Assembly (NCBI GenBank): GCA_043820925.1
Contig: JBDRDL010000068.1
Span: 1 to 24,685 of the forward strand
Reading direction: 5' to 3'
Origin: Methanobacteriota archaeon
GTDB taxonomy: Archaea; Hydrothermarchaeota; Hydrothermarchaeia; Hydrothermarchaeales; JACRDW01
Length of the DNA stretch: 24,685 bases
Shown: positions 10,829-17,709 of the stretch, piece by piece
Layout: every line of letters begins with the position of its first letter
How positions within the stretch are numbered: position 1 is the first letter of the stretch
Made by a program: the position numbers and the translations under genes
Notes under the pieces: model-generated
Told to the model about the DNA's origin: nothing
The model's input: the letters and a program-made list of their open reading frames with translations, nothing else
Database searches by the model: none

Positions 10829-10979
10829 GCCACCGTAACTCAGCTGGCAGAGTGCCTGTCTCGTAACAGCACAGCCCTTTTGCTTTCGCAAAAGCGCTGG
10901 CGGAAAAGGAAATGATGGTCAACCTTTCTGAAGGTTGCGGGAGAACAGGATGTCGCGGGTTCGACTCCCGTCGGTGGCT
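10829..10979 (+). tRNA. tRNA-Thr(CGT) with 78-nt intron at canonical 37/38 position (intron 10866-10943)
   Basis: Acceptor GCCACCG/CGGTGGC with U73; D-arm ACTC/GAGT; anticodon stem CCTGT/ACAGG; anticodon CGT at 10862-10864; T-arm GCGGG-TTCGACT-CCCGT. BHB motif: CTCG/CGGG central helix with TA|A and AG|A bulges, closed by CAGC/GTTG. CCA is not encoded. Confidence 0.95.
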
Positions 10980-10987
10980 TTTCTCAA

Positions 10988-11325
10988 TTCCGTCAGGAAG
11001 CTGGCGCTTGCGTGAGCAAGACCGAATTGTCTTGCGCCTACCTTCGGTAATGCCAGCTTCCTCACGGAAGGGCACTTCGCCCTCGTTTCTTCGAAACGAG
11101 CACTCGTGCCGAGACCCAATACTAGTTGGTACGCATGACTTATGAACTTGCTAACGCAATACCGTAAGGTAGTGCGTTAGACTCACGGTCTTGCTAACGC
11201 AAGGGTGTCGGCATGAGGACGCATTCGTTCTGCAGGAACGAGAGCGTGAGCGACACTCATGCCCTCGCTCCTTCAGAGCGAATGCATTCGACCATTCTGT
11301 TGCGAAAAGCTTGCGGACGAAATGC
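10988..11325 (+). ncRNA. Candidate large structured non-coding RNA or structured element of unknown family
   Basis: Nearly continuous stem-loops, e.g. 17-bp stem 10988-11005/11052-11069, CTCGTTTC/GAAACGAG and CTAACGCA-TACC-GTAA-GGTA-TGCGTTAG. GNRA loops read on the + strand. No credible ORF. Confidence 0.55.
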
Positions 11326-11371
11326 TGACAATAGAAAGATTTTTGTTAAAGTAATGCAACAAAAAATAGCG

Positions 11372-11617
11372 ATGTACCGGGAAAAAGAATTGGTCGGCAA
11401 GGAAGTAGTCGATTCTGAGGGCAGCATATTAGGAAAAATAATTGCCCTAATAGCCAAAGAAGGCAGCCAGTATATCGTCGTTGGGGAGAAAAAATTTCTT
11501 TTGGGGAAAAGTAGAGCGCTTAAAAGCAAGAATGTGGTAATGATTCCATGCGACGAAATTGCAACCATCCACGACATGGTGATGCTTTCCCGGAGCAGGG
11601 CAGAACTTAAAGTTTGA
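11372..11617 (+). CDS. PRC-barrel domain protein
   Basis: MYREKELVGKEVVDSEG..LGKI...IP.DEI..I.D.V.L pattern, about 81 aa. The upstream extension in the ORF track runs through the structured region and is not protein-like. Confidence 0.8.
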   Translation: MYREKELVGKEVVDSEGSILGKIIALIAKEGSQYIVVGEKKFLLGKSRALKSKNVVMIPCDEIATIHDMVMLSRSRAELKV

Positions 11618-12842
11618 GCATTAATGTAGAAAGAACGCCTGCGAATATAAAGCTCAAAGTTGAAGCTAGCGCTGCGCCATCTACCCCATACAGAGGAATT
11701 AACGCCAAATTGAGAATCACGTCGAGAATCGCCGCAACAAGCAGAATTCGCATTGGAATCTTCGGCTTGCCCAAGCCCTGAAAGATTCCAGAATTCAAAG
11801 TAAAGATTCCGAGAAAAGCTGTGCCTACCATCAGAATTTCAAAAGCCCTTACGGCCTGTGTGTAGTCTTCTTGGAAAAGTGTCGTTATTATAAATTCTGA
11901 GAAATATATTGAGAGCAGGGTCGCAGGAATAAGCACCAGAAGCGAGAGCTTGTATGCATATTTAATCTGCTTTTTTATTTCTCTGTAATTCCTCAAAGCC
12001 TTGAGCTCAGAAATCGAAGGCAGCAGAGTAGCATACATGGCTGTGGAGAAAGCGAGGACCAAGCGAGACGTGGGCGAGGCTGCTGAGTAAATGCCGACTT
12101 CTTTTGGCGTTAGATAAAAGCCGAGAAGTATGACATCGATGTATGCGAGAACAAAGGCAGACAGCGCAGTTGCAGAGACAGGAATAGAAAAGTAGAAAAC
12201 TTCCTTGAAACTTTCAAAACTAAAAGAGGAAAACTTCTGTTGTATCTTTCTGAAAAACAGATATGCAAGCAGTGCAGTCGCTATGAATCCGAGGGTCGAG
12301 CCGAGAATAGCATTTACTGCGCTTAAACCATAGTAAACCAGCACAAGTGCAAAAATAATCCTGAGCACCTGCTCTGTGACCAGAGTTGCGCTCATGTGGC
12401 TGAATTTTTTAAAGCCCTGAAAAACGCCGGTATATACTGCGATTAATACCCCGAACGGCAGCGCTATGGAAGAAATCTTCAGCGGCTTTACAACGTTTGG
12501 GTCGTGGAAAATGTAAATTCCTATCGGGTCTGCGAGGATATAGAAAGCTGCTCCAAAAGAAATCCCCAGCAGGGTGTAAAAAAACAGAGAGGATGAAATC
12601 ACAGAATCTCTCTTGTTATAATCCTTCTTTGCTTCGTATCCTGAAACAAACTTCGCAATGCTCGGAGCTATTCCGGAAGAGGTCAAAATAACAACCATGT
12701 ACTGCAGGGGCAATGCAAGATTGAGAAGACCGAATTCGTAGGGAGTCAGCATCCTGCCCATCAAAATTCGATAGACGTAGCCGCCTATTCTGACACTCAA
12801 GTTGCTTAAAGTTAGTACCAGGCTTCCCTCGAGCAATCTCAT
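11607..12842 (-). CDS. Wzx/MOP-family oligosaccharide flippase
   Basis: Multi-TM protein with R.L.P.EFG, GI..SIAKFVS, D...LG....EVGIYSAA and LIP.YG..GAALAS motifs. Start ATG 12842 lies about 25 nt downstream of a TTATAAA box on the minus strand. Confidence 0.88.
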   Translation of the reverse strand: MRLLEGSLVLTLSNLSVRIGGYVYRILMGRMLTPYEFGLLNLALPLQYMVVILTSSGIAPSIAKFVSGYEAKKDYNKRDSVISSSLFFYTLLGISFGAAFYILADPIGIYIFHDPNVVKPLKISSIALPFGVLIAVYTGVFQGFKKFSHMSATLVTEQVLRIIFALVLVYYGLSAVNAILGSTLGFIATALLAYLFFRKIQQKFSSFSFESFKEVFYFSIPVSATALSAFVLAYIDVILLGFYLTPKEVGIYSAASPTSRLVLAFSTAMYATLLPSISELKALRNYREIKKQIKYAYKLSLLVLIPATLLSIYFSEFIITTLFQEDYTQAVRAFEILMVGTAFLGIFTLNSGIFQGLGKPKIPMRILLVAAILDVILNLALIPLYGVDGAALASTLSFIFAGVLSTLMLKL

Positions 12843-12875
12843 AGGTTTGAGTTCTACGCTGCTCCATTTATAATT

Positions 12876-12917
12876 GACGTAGGGGGTCAGACATGCTGGA
12901 TTCACGACCCCTACGTC
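12876..12917. repeat. GC-rich hairpin GACGTAGGGGGTC...GACCCCTACGTC (hairpin family B, copy 2)
   Basis: 12-bp stem with one bulged G; shares arms and upstream TTTA(T)AATT context with 335-381. Confidence 0.75.
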
Positions 12918-12927
12918 TGTGTACTGA

Positions 12928-12940
12928 CGAAAGGTTTAAG
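12928..12940 (+). promoter_or_regulatory. Putative BRE/TATA promoter of aglB
   Basis: CGAAAGG-TTTAAG about 25 nt upstream of GTG 12965, consistent with a leaderless transcript. Confidence 0.55.
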
Positions 12941-12964
12941 TTTACTTCGGGGATAAGAAGTCTT

Positions 12965-15076
12965 GTGGAAAAATTTCGATCAGAAAAAATAAAAACGGCA
13001 GCTATGCTTGCTGCTATATTCCTGCTCGGATTTAGCGTTGTATATCTTTCGCACGGTCCAAGGCTGAGCGACCCTGATGCTTACTTTCAGTATCGAATGG
13101 CGCAGTACGTCTTAGAAGAAGGCAGGGTGCCAGAGCTCTATACGCTGGCGTACTATCCGGAAGGAAGGCGCCCTTGGATTCAGGACACCCTCGTGGTGCC
13201 TTATTTTTTTGCTTACACTTATAAACTTCTTGGAGCGCCTTTTGGCTTATCGCTTATGGAGTATGCGATGGTTTTCCCAGCAATCTTCGGCGGGGGCTTG
13301 GCTTCTGTCTTCCTCTGTCTAGCTGCGAGCGAGCTTTTCGGCAGGAGAGTGGGTCTCCTTTCTGCCCTCATTTACTCTTTCATTCCACTTTCGCTGAGCA
13401 GAGTATATTCAGGTACTATAGACAAAGAGGTGCTGTACGGCTTTTTCGTTTATCTGTCGCTCTACTTCTTCGTAAAATCCTATAAAAATGGATTCTCGAT
13501 TAAAAATCTAAAAACGCTGCTAGCGCCTGTGCTGAGCGGAATATTCTTCGGCTTCGCATATGCAAACTGGAGCGGAGGAGCATATATTGTGCTCGTCATC
13601 TCTGTAGCTGCTGCGATATACTACGTTTTTGAGAGAAACGTGAATATAATGAGGTCTATAATAGTGATGGTGGCTGCGGGAGGTGTCGTGATGAAGCTGG
13701 TGCAGCCGGCGAAGTACGGTTTAAAGTTGTTCATAAGCGACACTGAATTTGTAGTAGCAGTGGCGGTATCCGCAATTCCGCTGATGTCTGTAATGCTGTC
13801 TGATTTTTTGAAATCTAAATATAAAAGAGATTTGCACTGGCTAAAGATATGTGCGGCTATTTTTATATTCCTTACTATAATTGCTTTTCCTCTGGGAAAG
13901 GGAGAAGCTGTTACATGGATATTCAACCAGCTAGCAGGTTACGCGCAGCTCGGTAAAGGAGCTCAAGCAGACATATACATGGCAACGGTAGCTGAGTCGC
14001 AGCCCACGCATTTCCTTGGCGGCGGTGATACGCTGCTCCAGAAAATTGCCAGCGGGGATTTATTCATACATTTGAATCTAATACTTTTTGTAATACCACT
14101 TGGAGTTTTTTTACTGCTCAAAAGAGAAAAGAATTTTCCAGTAGTATTCGCATTGGTCTGGATTATCAGCGGATTTCTGGCTGCGCATCAAGGAAAGCGC
14201 CTGCTCTTCTTCTTAGCGCCTTCTGCTGCCGTGGTAGCAGGCTTTGCCTTCATTTCAACGTTTGACTGGCTAAAGAGAGAAGAAAGAAAAATCCAGCAAA
14301 TGCTAAAATCCAAAAAGCAGAAATATGCAGCAGAGCGAAGGGCAGGAAATATAAAAGCTGCACATTTGATTGTGCTCTTCATAGCGTTTGCAGTCATATT
14401 TTCCACGCTTGACGCTACCGTGGCTTCTGTCGGTTTTAGAAAAAGCGATTTGCCGACGCCGTGGTACGATGCACTAATGTGGACCAGGCAAAACACTCCC
14501 GAGGATTCAGTAATTCTCTTCTGGTGGGATTACGGATACTGGTTCCAGGCAGTTGCGAACAGGTACACTGTTGCAGACGGCGGGGGCAACGTAGAAAGGA
14601 ATACCATTCTGGCTAAGATGTTTACCTCGCCGGAAGAGGACGCAATGGAATACATCAAAAAATTTGTCGACTACGAAAAGGTGCCCACGTACATGGTCGT
14701 CAGCTATGAGGAATTTGGAAAGAGTGGAGCGATAAATCGAATAGCGCAGGACGAGCTGTACATAGTAACTTTTTCAGTTCGCAGGTCAGGAGACGTAAAC
14801 CAGGACAACAAAAACATCGCAGACATATTTGCTCGAAACAAAATAACAACCTACTACATCGTAGGCATGCGGGATTTTTATCAAATCTGGGCGCTGCTCC
14901 AGGTCGATGAAAATAAAAATTATCGCCCAGAGTGGAGCGAGAAATTGCTAGTAAAGCTGCTGTCATTCAGCGTAATTAAAAATGGAGAAATAAAGCTAGC
15001 TAGAGAAGACTTGAAGCACTTCGAATTGGTTTATACTGACCAGTACGGCTACATTTATATCTACAAGGTGAAGTAA
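12965..15076 (+). CDS. aglB: Oligosaccharyltransferase AglB (STT3 family)
   Basis: Multi-TM N-terminal part with DPDAYF..R, DKE and TVAE motifs; WWDYG motif; TVADGG; ExxKxxxI DK-motif variant. Start placed at GTG 12965. Confidence 0.95.
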   Translation: MEKFRSEKIKTAAMLAAIFLLGFSVVYLSHGPRLSDPDAYFQYRMAQYVLEEGRVPELYTLAYYPEGRRPWIQDTLVVPYFFAYTYKLLGAPFGLSLMEYAMVFPAIFGGGLASVFLCLAASELFGRRVGLLSALIYSFIPLSLSRVYSGTIDKEVLYGFFVYLSLYFFVKSYKNGFSIKNLKTLLAPVLSGIFFGFAYANWSGGAYIVLVISVAAAIYYVFERNVNIMRSIIVMVAAGGVVMKLVQPAKYGLKLFISDTEFVVAVAVSAIPLMSVMLSDFLKSKYKRDLHWLKICAAIFIFLTIIAFPLGKGEAVTWIFNQLAGYAQLGKGAQADIYMATVAESQPTHFLGGGDTLLQKIASGDLFIHLNLILFVIPLGVFLLLKREKNFPVVFALVWIISGFLAAHQGKRLLFFLAPSAAVVAGFAFISTFDWLKREERKIQQMLKSKKQKYAAERRAGNIKAAHLIVLFIAFAVIFSTLDATVASVGFRKSDLPTPWYDALMWTRQNTPEDSVILFWWDYGYWFQAVANRYTVADGGGNVERNTILAKMFTSPEEDAMEYIKKFVDYEKVPTYMVVSYEEFGKSGAINRIAQDELYIVTFSVRRSGDVNQDNKNIADIFARNKITTYYIVGMRDFYQIWALLQVDENKNYRPEWSEKLLVKLLSFSVIKNGEIKLAREDLKHFELVYTDQYGYIYIYKVK

Positions 15077-15154
15077 ATGAGAATCCTCGTAACGGGCGGC
15101 GCTGGATTCATAGGCTTCGTACGCAGCAGAATTTATATACGTATCTGTTGTTAA
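15077..15154 (+). pseudogene. Epimerase N-terminal stub 1 (MRILVTGGAGFIG...)
   Basis: 15077-15116 is identical over 40 bp to 15805-15844, then frameshifts and stops after 25 codons. Confidence 0.85.
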
Positions 15155-15180
15155 ACGTTGCAGTTTTAAATGGTGAGGAT

Positions 15181-15450
15181 ATGTCTAAAGGCGCAATAAA
15201 AATGAAATACCGCTATATTACGAAAGACGAGAAAATTCAAGGTGGCGAACCTATTGTTAAGGGGACCCGCTTTCCGGTGAGGTCTGTTGTATTTTATACG
15301 ATAAAGGAGGGCATGCTGCCAGAAGAAGTAGTAAGAGAATTTCCGCAACTGAACCTTGCCGCAGTTTACGAAGCTCTGTCCTACTATTACGACAATAGGC
15401 AAGAAATAGACGAGTTAATCGAGGAACATATGGAGCAAGCATGGCAGTGA
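15181..15450 (+). CDS. DUF433 family antitoxin
   Basis: I..D..I.GGEPIVKGTRFPV and G..PEEV..EFP.L..A.VYEAL.YY motifs. RBS GGTGAGG before ATG 15181. Confidence 0.9.
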   Translation: MSKGAIKMKYRYITKDEKIQGGEPIVKGTRFPVRSVVFYTIKEGMLPEEVVREFPQLNLAAVYEALSYYYDNRQEIDELIEEHMEQAWQ

Positions 15451-15782
15451 AGCTCTACATAGACGAGGATGTTCGTCCCTTACTTGCGGAGGTGCTCAGG
15501 CAAAGAGGGTACGATGCTATAAGCGCAGTTGAGGAGGGACTCATCGGATTGAGTGATGAAGAACAAATTTTGCAAGCAGCTAAGCAAAGGCGAGCTCTTC
15601 TTACACATAATATAAAAGACTTCGTAAAACTCCATCCAAAATTTTCCACGCAGCATTATGGAATTATTTTATCCGATCAAATTGCCTTTAAAATTCTGCT
15701 CCGGAGAGTGCTCAAATTTCTCTCCGTTGCAAAGCAAAACCAAGTCAAAGGAAATCTAATTTGGCTAGGCAGTTTTGATTGA
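15441..15782 (+). CDS. DUF5615 family PIN-like (VapC45/Mut7-C-like) toxin
   Basis: KLYIDEDV, LRQRGYDA, GLSDEEQI, LLTHN.KDF and HYGII motifs; overlaps the DUF433 gene. Confidence 0.88.
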   Translation: MAVKLYIDEDVRPLLAEVLRQRGYDAISAVEEGLIGLSDEEQILQAAKQRRALLTHNIKDFVKLHPKFSTQHYGIILSDQIAFKILLRRVLKFLSVAKQNQVKGNLIWLGSFD

Positions 15783-15804
15783 ATTTTCTGCAAGAGGTAA
15801 GTAC

Positions 15805-16923
15805 ATGAGAATCCTCGTAACGGGCGGCGCTGGATTCATAGGCTCGCATATCGTGGATGCGCTTGTGAACGAAAACCATGAAGTTGTGGTGTACGACAAT
15901 CTCGAGCCGCAGGTGCATGAAGGCAAAAAGCCAGAATATCTTAATCCAAAAGCAGAGTATATATTTGCAGATATTAGAGATAGCAGTGCTTTGAAAAATG
16001 CAATAGAAGACGTTGAAGTTATTTTCCACGAAGCTGCGGCAGTTGGCGTGGGGCAGAGCATGTACCAGATTCAAAAATATGTGGATGTAAATACTCTGGG
16101 AACTGCAAAGCTACTAGACATTCTCGTAAATGAAGAGCATGACGTGAAAAAGCTGCTCGTTGCCTCCTCAATGAGCATATACGGAGAGGGAAAGTATGAG
16201 TGCGAGGACTGCGGCGTTGTTTATCCAAAGCTGCGGCCGAGGGAACAGCTCAAAAAAAGAGAATGGGAGATGAAGTGCCCTTCCTGCGGCAAGGACGTGA
16301 AAGCTCTGCCGACAGATGAAGAAAAGCCCCTGCATTCTACCTCGATTTACGCCATAACAAAAAAGGACCAGGAAGAGATGTGCCTTACCATAGGAAAGGC
16401 TTACGGGATACCCACAGTAGCCCTGCGCTATTTCAATGTCTACGGCGAGAGGCAGGCTTTATCTAACCCCTACACCGGCGTCTGCGCAATCTTCTCCTGC
16501 AGGATAAGAAATAACAATCCGCCGGTTATATTCGAGGACGGCTTGCAGAGCAGAGATTTTATTTCGGTGCACGACGTAGTTAAGGCTAATTTACTGGTTT
16601 TGAAAAAAAACAAGGCAAATTATGAGGCGCTCAACGTCGGCACCGGCAGGGCTACCAGCATAAAAAAAATTGCAGAAATTCTGATTAAGCTCTACGGAAA
16701 AAAACTCTCTCCTATAATCGCAAATAAATACAGGGAAGGAGACATAAGGCACTGCTTTGCAGATATAAGCAGGATTAGCCGATTGGGATTCAAGCCGGAA
16801 GTAAAGTTCGAGGAGGGAATCAAAGAGCTTGCAGAATGGGTAAATGCGCAACCTAAATGCGAGGTTGCGGATAGATTTGAGAAAGCGCAAAGAGAGCTGG
16901 AAGAGAGGAAATTGACATTGTAG
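15805..16923 (+). CDS. NAD-dependent sugar epimerase/dehydratase (extended SDR) with CxxC...CxxC insertion
   Basis: GGAGFIG, HEAAAVGVGQS, YAITK (YxxxK) and LRYFNVYG motifs; insertion CEDC...CPSC. Start ATG 15805. Confidence 0.92.
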   Translation: MRILVTGGAGFIGSHIVDALVNENHEVVVYDNLEPQVHEGKKPEYLNPKAEYIFADIRDSSALKNAIEDVEVIFHEAAAVGVGQSMYQIQKYVDVNTLGTAKLLDILVNEEHDVKKLLVASSMSIYGEGKYECEDCGVVYPKLRPREQLKKREWEMKCPSCGKDVKALPTDEEKPLHSTSIYAITKKDQEEMCLTIGKAYGIPTVALRYFNVYGERQALSNPYTGVCAIFSCRIRNNNPPVIFEDGLQSRDFISVHDVVKANLLVLKKNKANYEALNVGTGRATSIKKIAEILIKLYGKKLSPIIANKYREGDIRHCFADISRISRLGFKPEVKFEEGIKELAEWVNAQPKCEVADRFEKAQRELEERKLTL

Positions 16924-16931
16924 GTGAGTAC

Positions 16932-16994
16932 ATGAAAATCCTAATTACAGGCGGCGGGGGCTTCGTTGGCTCGCATGTGGCAGAACTTATATAG
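16932..16994 (+). pseudogene. Epimerase N-terminal stub 2 (MKILITGGGGFVGSHVAELI*)
   Basis: 20-codon ORF with RBS AGGTGAG, homologous to the start of the gene at 17710. Confidence 0.85.
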
Positions 16995-17026
16995 TTGTTA
17001 AATAGACATTTACTGAGGTGCCACAT

Positions 17027-17263
17027 ATGGAAGCAGCAATAATAGATAAATTCCCATTGTTTGAGAACTATAAGAAAAAAGAGAAGTTCTTCACTGTGCT
17101 TGGGTTGCTCTTTAGCAGGCAGGTGACGCTCGCTAAAGCCGCAGAGCTTCTCGAAATGCCCAGAGAAGAATTTTCTAAGGTTCTTAAACTCATGGGGCTT
17201 GAATACTCTTATTTGACTAAAGAGGAAGCGCACTACGAAAGGGCAGAGTCTGAGCGGTTGTAG
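17027..17263 (+). CDS. UPF0175 family antitoxin
   Basis: LF....VTLAKAAELL.MPREEF..VL...G motif; RBS GAGGTG at 17015-17020. Confidence 0.85.
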   Translation: MEAAIIDKFPLFENYKKKEKFFTVLGLLFSRQVTLAKAAELLEMPREEFSKVLKLMGLEYSYLTKEEAHYERAESERL

Positions 17264-17273
17264 AGGAATTTTA

Positions 17274-17705
17274 ATGATTGCCGTTTCTGATGCTTCTCCT
17301 TTTTTTGAAAAAATTTGCATTCCTGAAGGAGTAGACCGAGAGATTTCTGAAAAGGATGATGAATATAAAAGAGTGAGAGAATTGATTGAGCGTGGATTTA
17401 TTGAAGTCCTGCCAGTAAAAAATAAAGATTTAGTCAAAATTCTCAACTCGGAACTTGGCGCCGGAGAATCAGAGTCGATAGTACTGTGCAGGGAAATTAA
17501 AGCCAAATATGTACTGCTCGACGACTCGAATGCAAGGCTCTGTGCAAGGTCATTTGAAATCGATGTTATAGGCACACTTGGCATAATTCGTGCTCTGCTG
17601 AAGAAAGGAATTATAAGAGAAGACCCTAAGGAGATTTACAAGAAGTTAAAATCAGCTGACTTCTGGATATCAAGAGAGCTATTCTCAAGTATATTTGAAG
17701 AGTGA
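17274..17705 (+). CDS. DUF3368 family PIN-domain toxin (apparent internal deletion)
   Basis: VSDASP, IPEGV..EI, LGAGESESI.L, VLLDD..AR and IGTLGII motifs. Confidence 0.85.
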   Translation: MIAVSDASPFFEKICIPEGVDREISEKDDEYKRVRELIERGFIEVLPVKNKDLVKILNSELGAGESESIVLCREIKAKYVLLDDSNARLCARSFEIDVIGTLGIIRALLKKGIIREDPKEIYKKLKSADFWISRELFSSIFEE

Positions 17706-17709
17706 TAAT

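Noticed and set aside
10988..11325. RNase P RNA or SRP (7S) RNA as the identity of the structured region
   Set aside because: I found neither the RNase P GAGGAAnnUCC / ACAnAAnnnnGCUUA pair nor the SRP helix-8 CAGG..GGAA..AGCA motif on either strand. The AGGAAGCTGG present is part of a simple inverted repeat.
10821..11371. ORFs 10821-11075(-), 10912-11145(+), 10919-11119(-) and the N-terminal extension of 11213-11617
   Set aside because: They overlap the tRNA or the hairpin-rich region, have non-protein-like composition and lack RBSs.
12876..12950. Hammerhead ribozyme (GTC followed by CTGACGA)
   Set aside because: No GAAAC strand or convincing stems I/II. The CGAAAGG is better explained as the aglB BRE.
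12843..12964. Overlapping N-terminal extensions of the flippase (12905) and aglB (12893)
   Set aside because: The extensions cross the hairpin and both TATA boxes; downstream starts fit promoter spacing and protein character better.
16853..17584. 243-aa minus-strand ORF across the second TA pair
   Set aside because: Antisense to three recognisable plus-strand genes and has no motifs.
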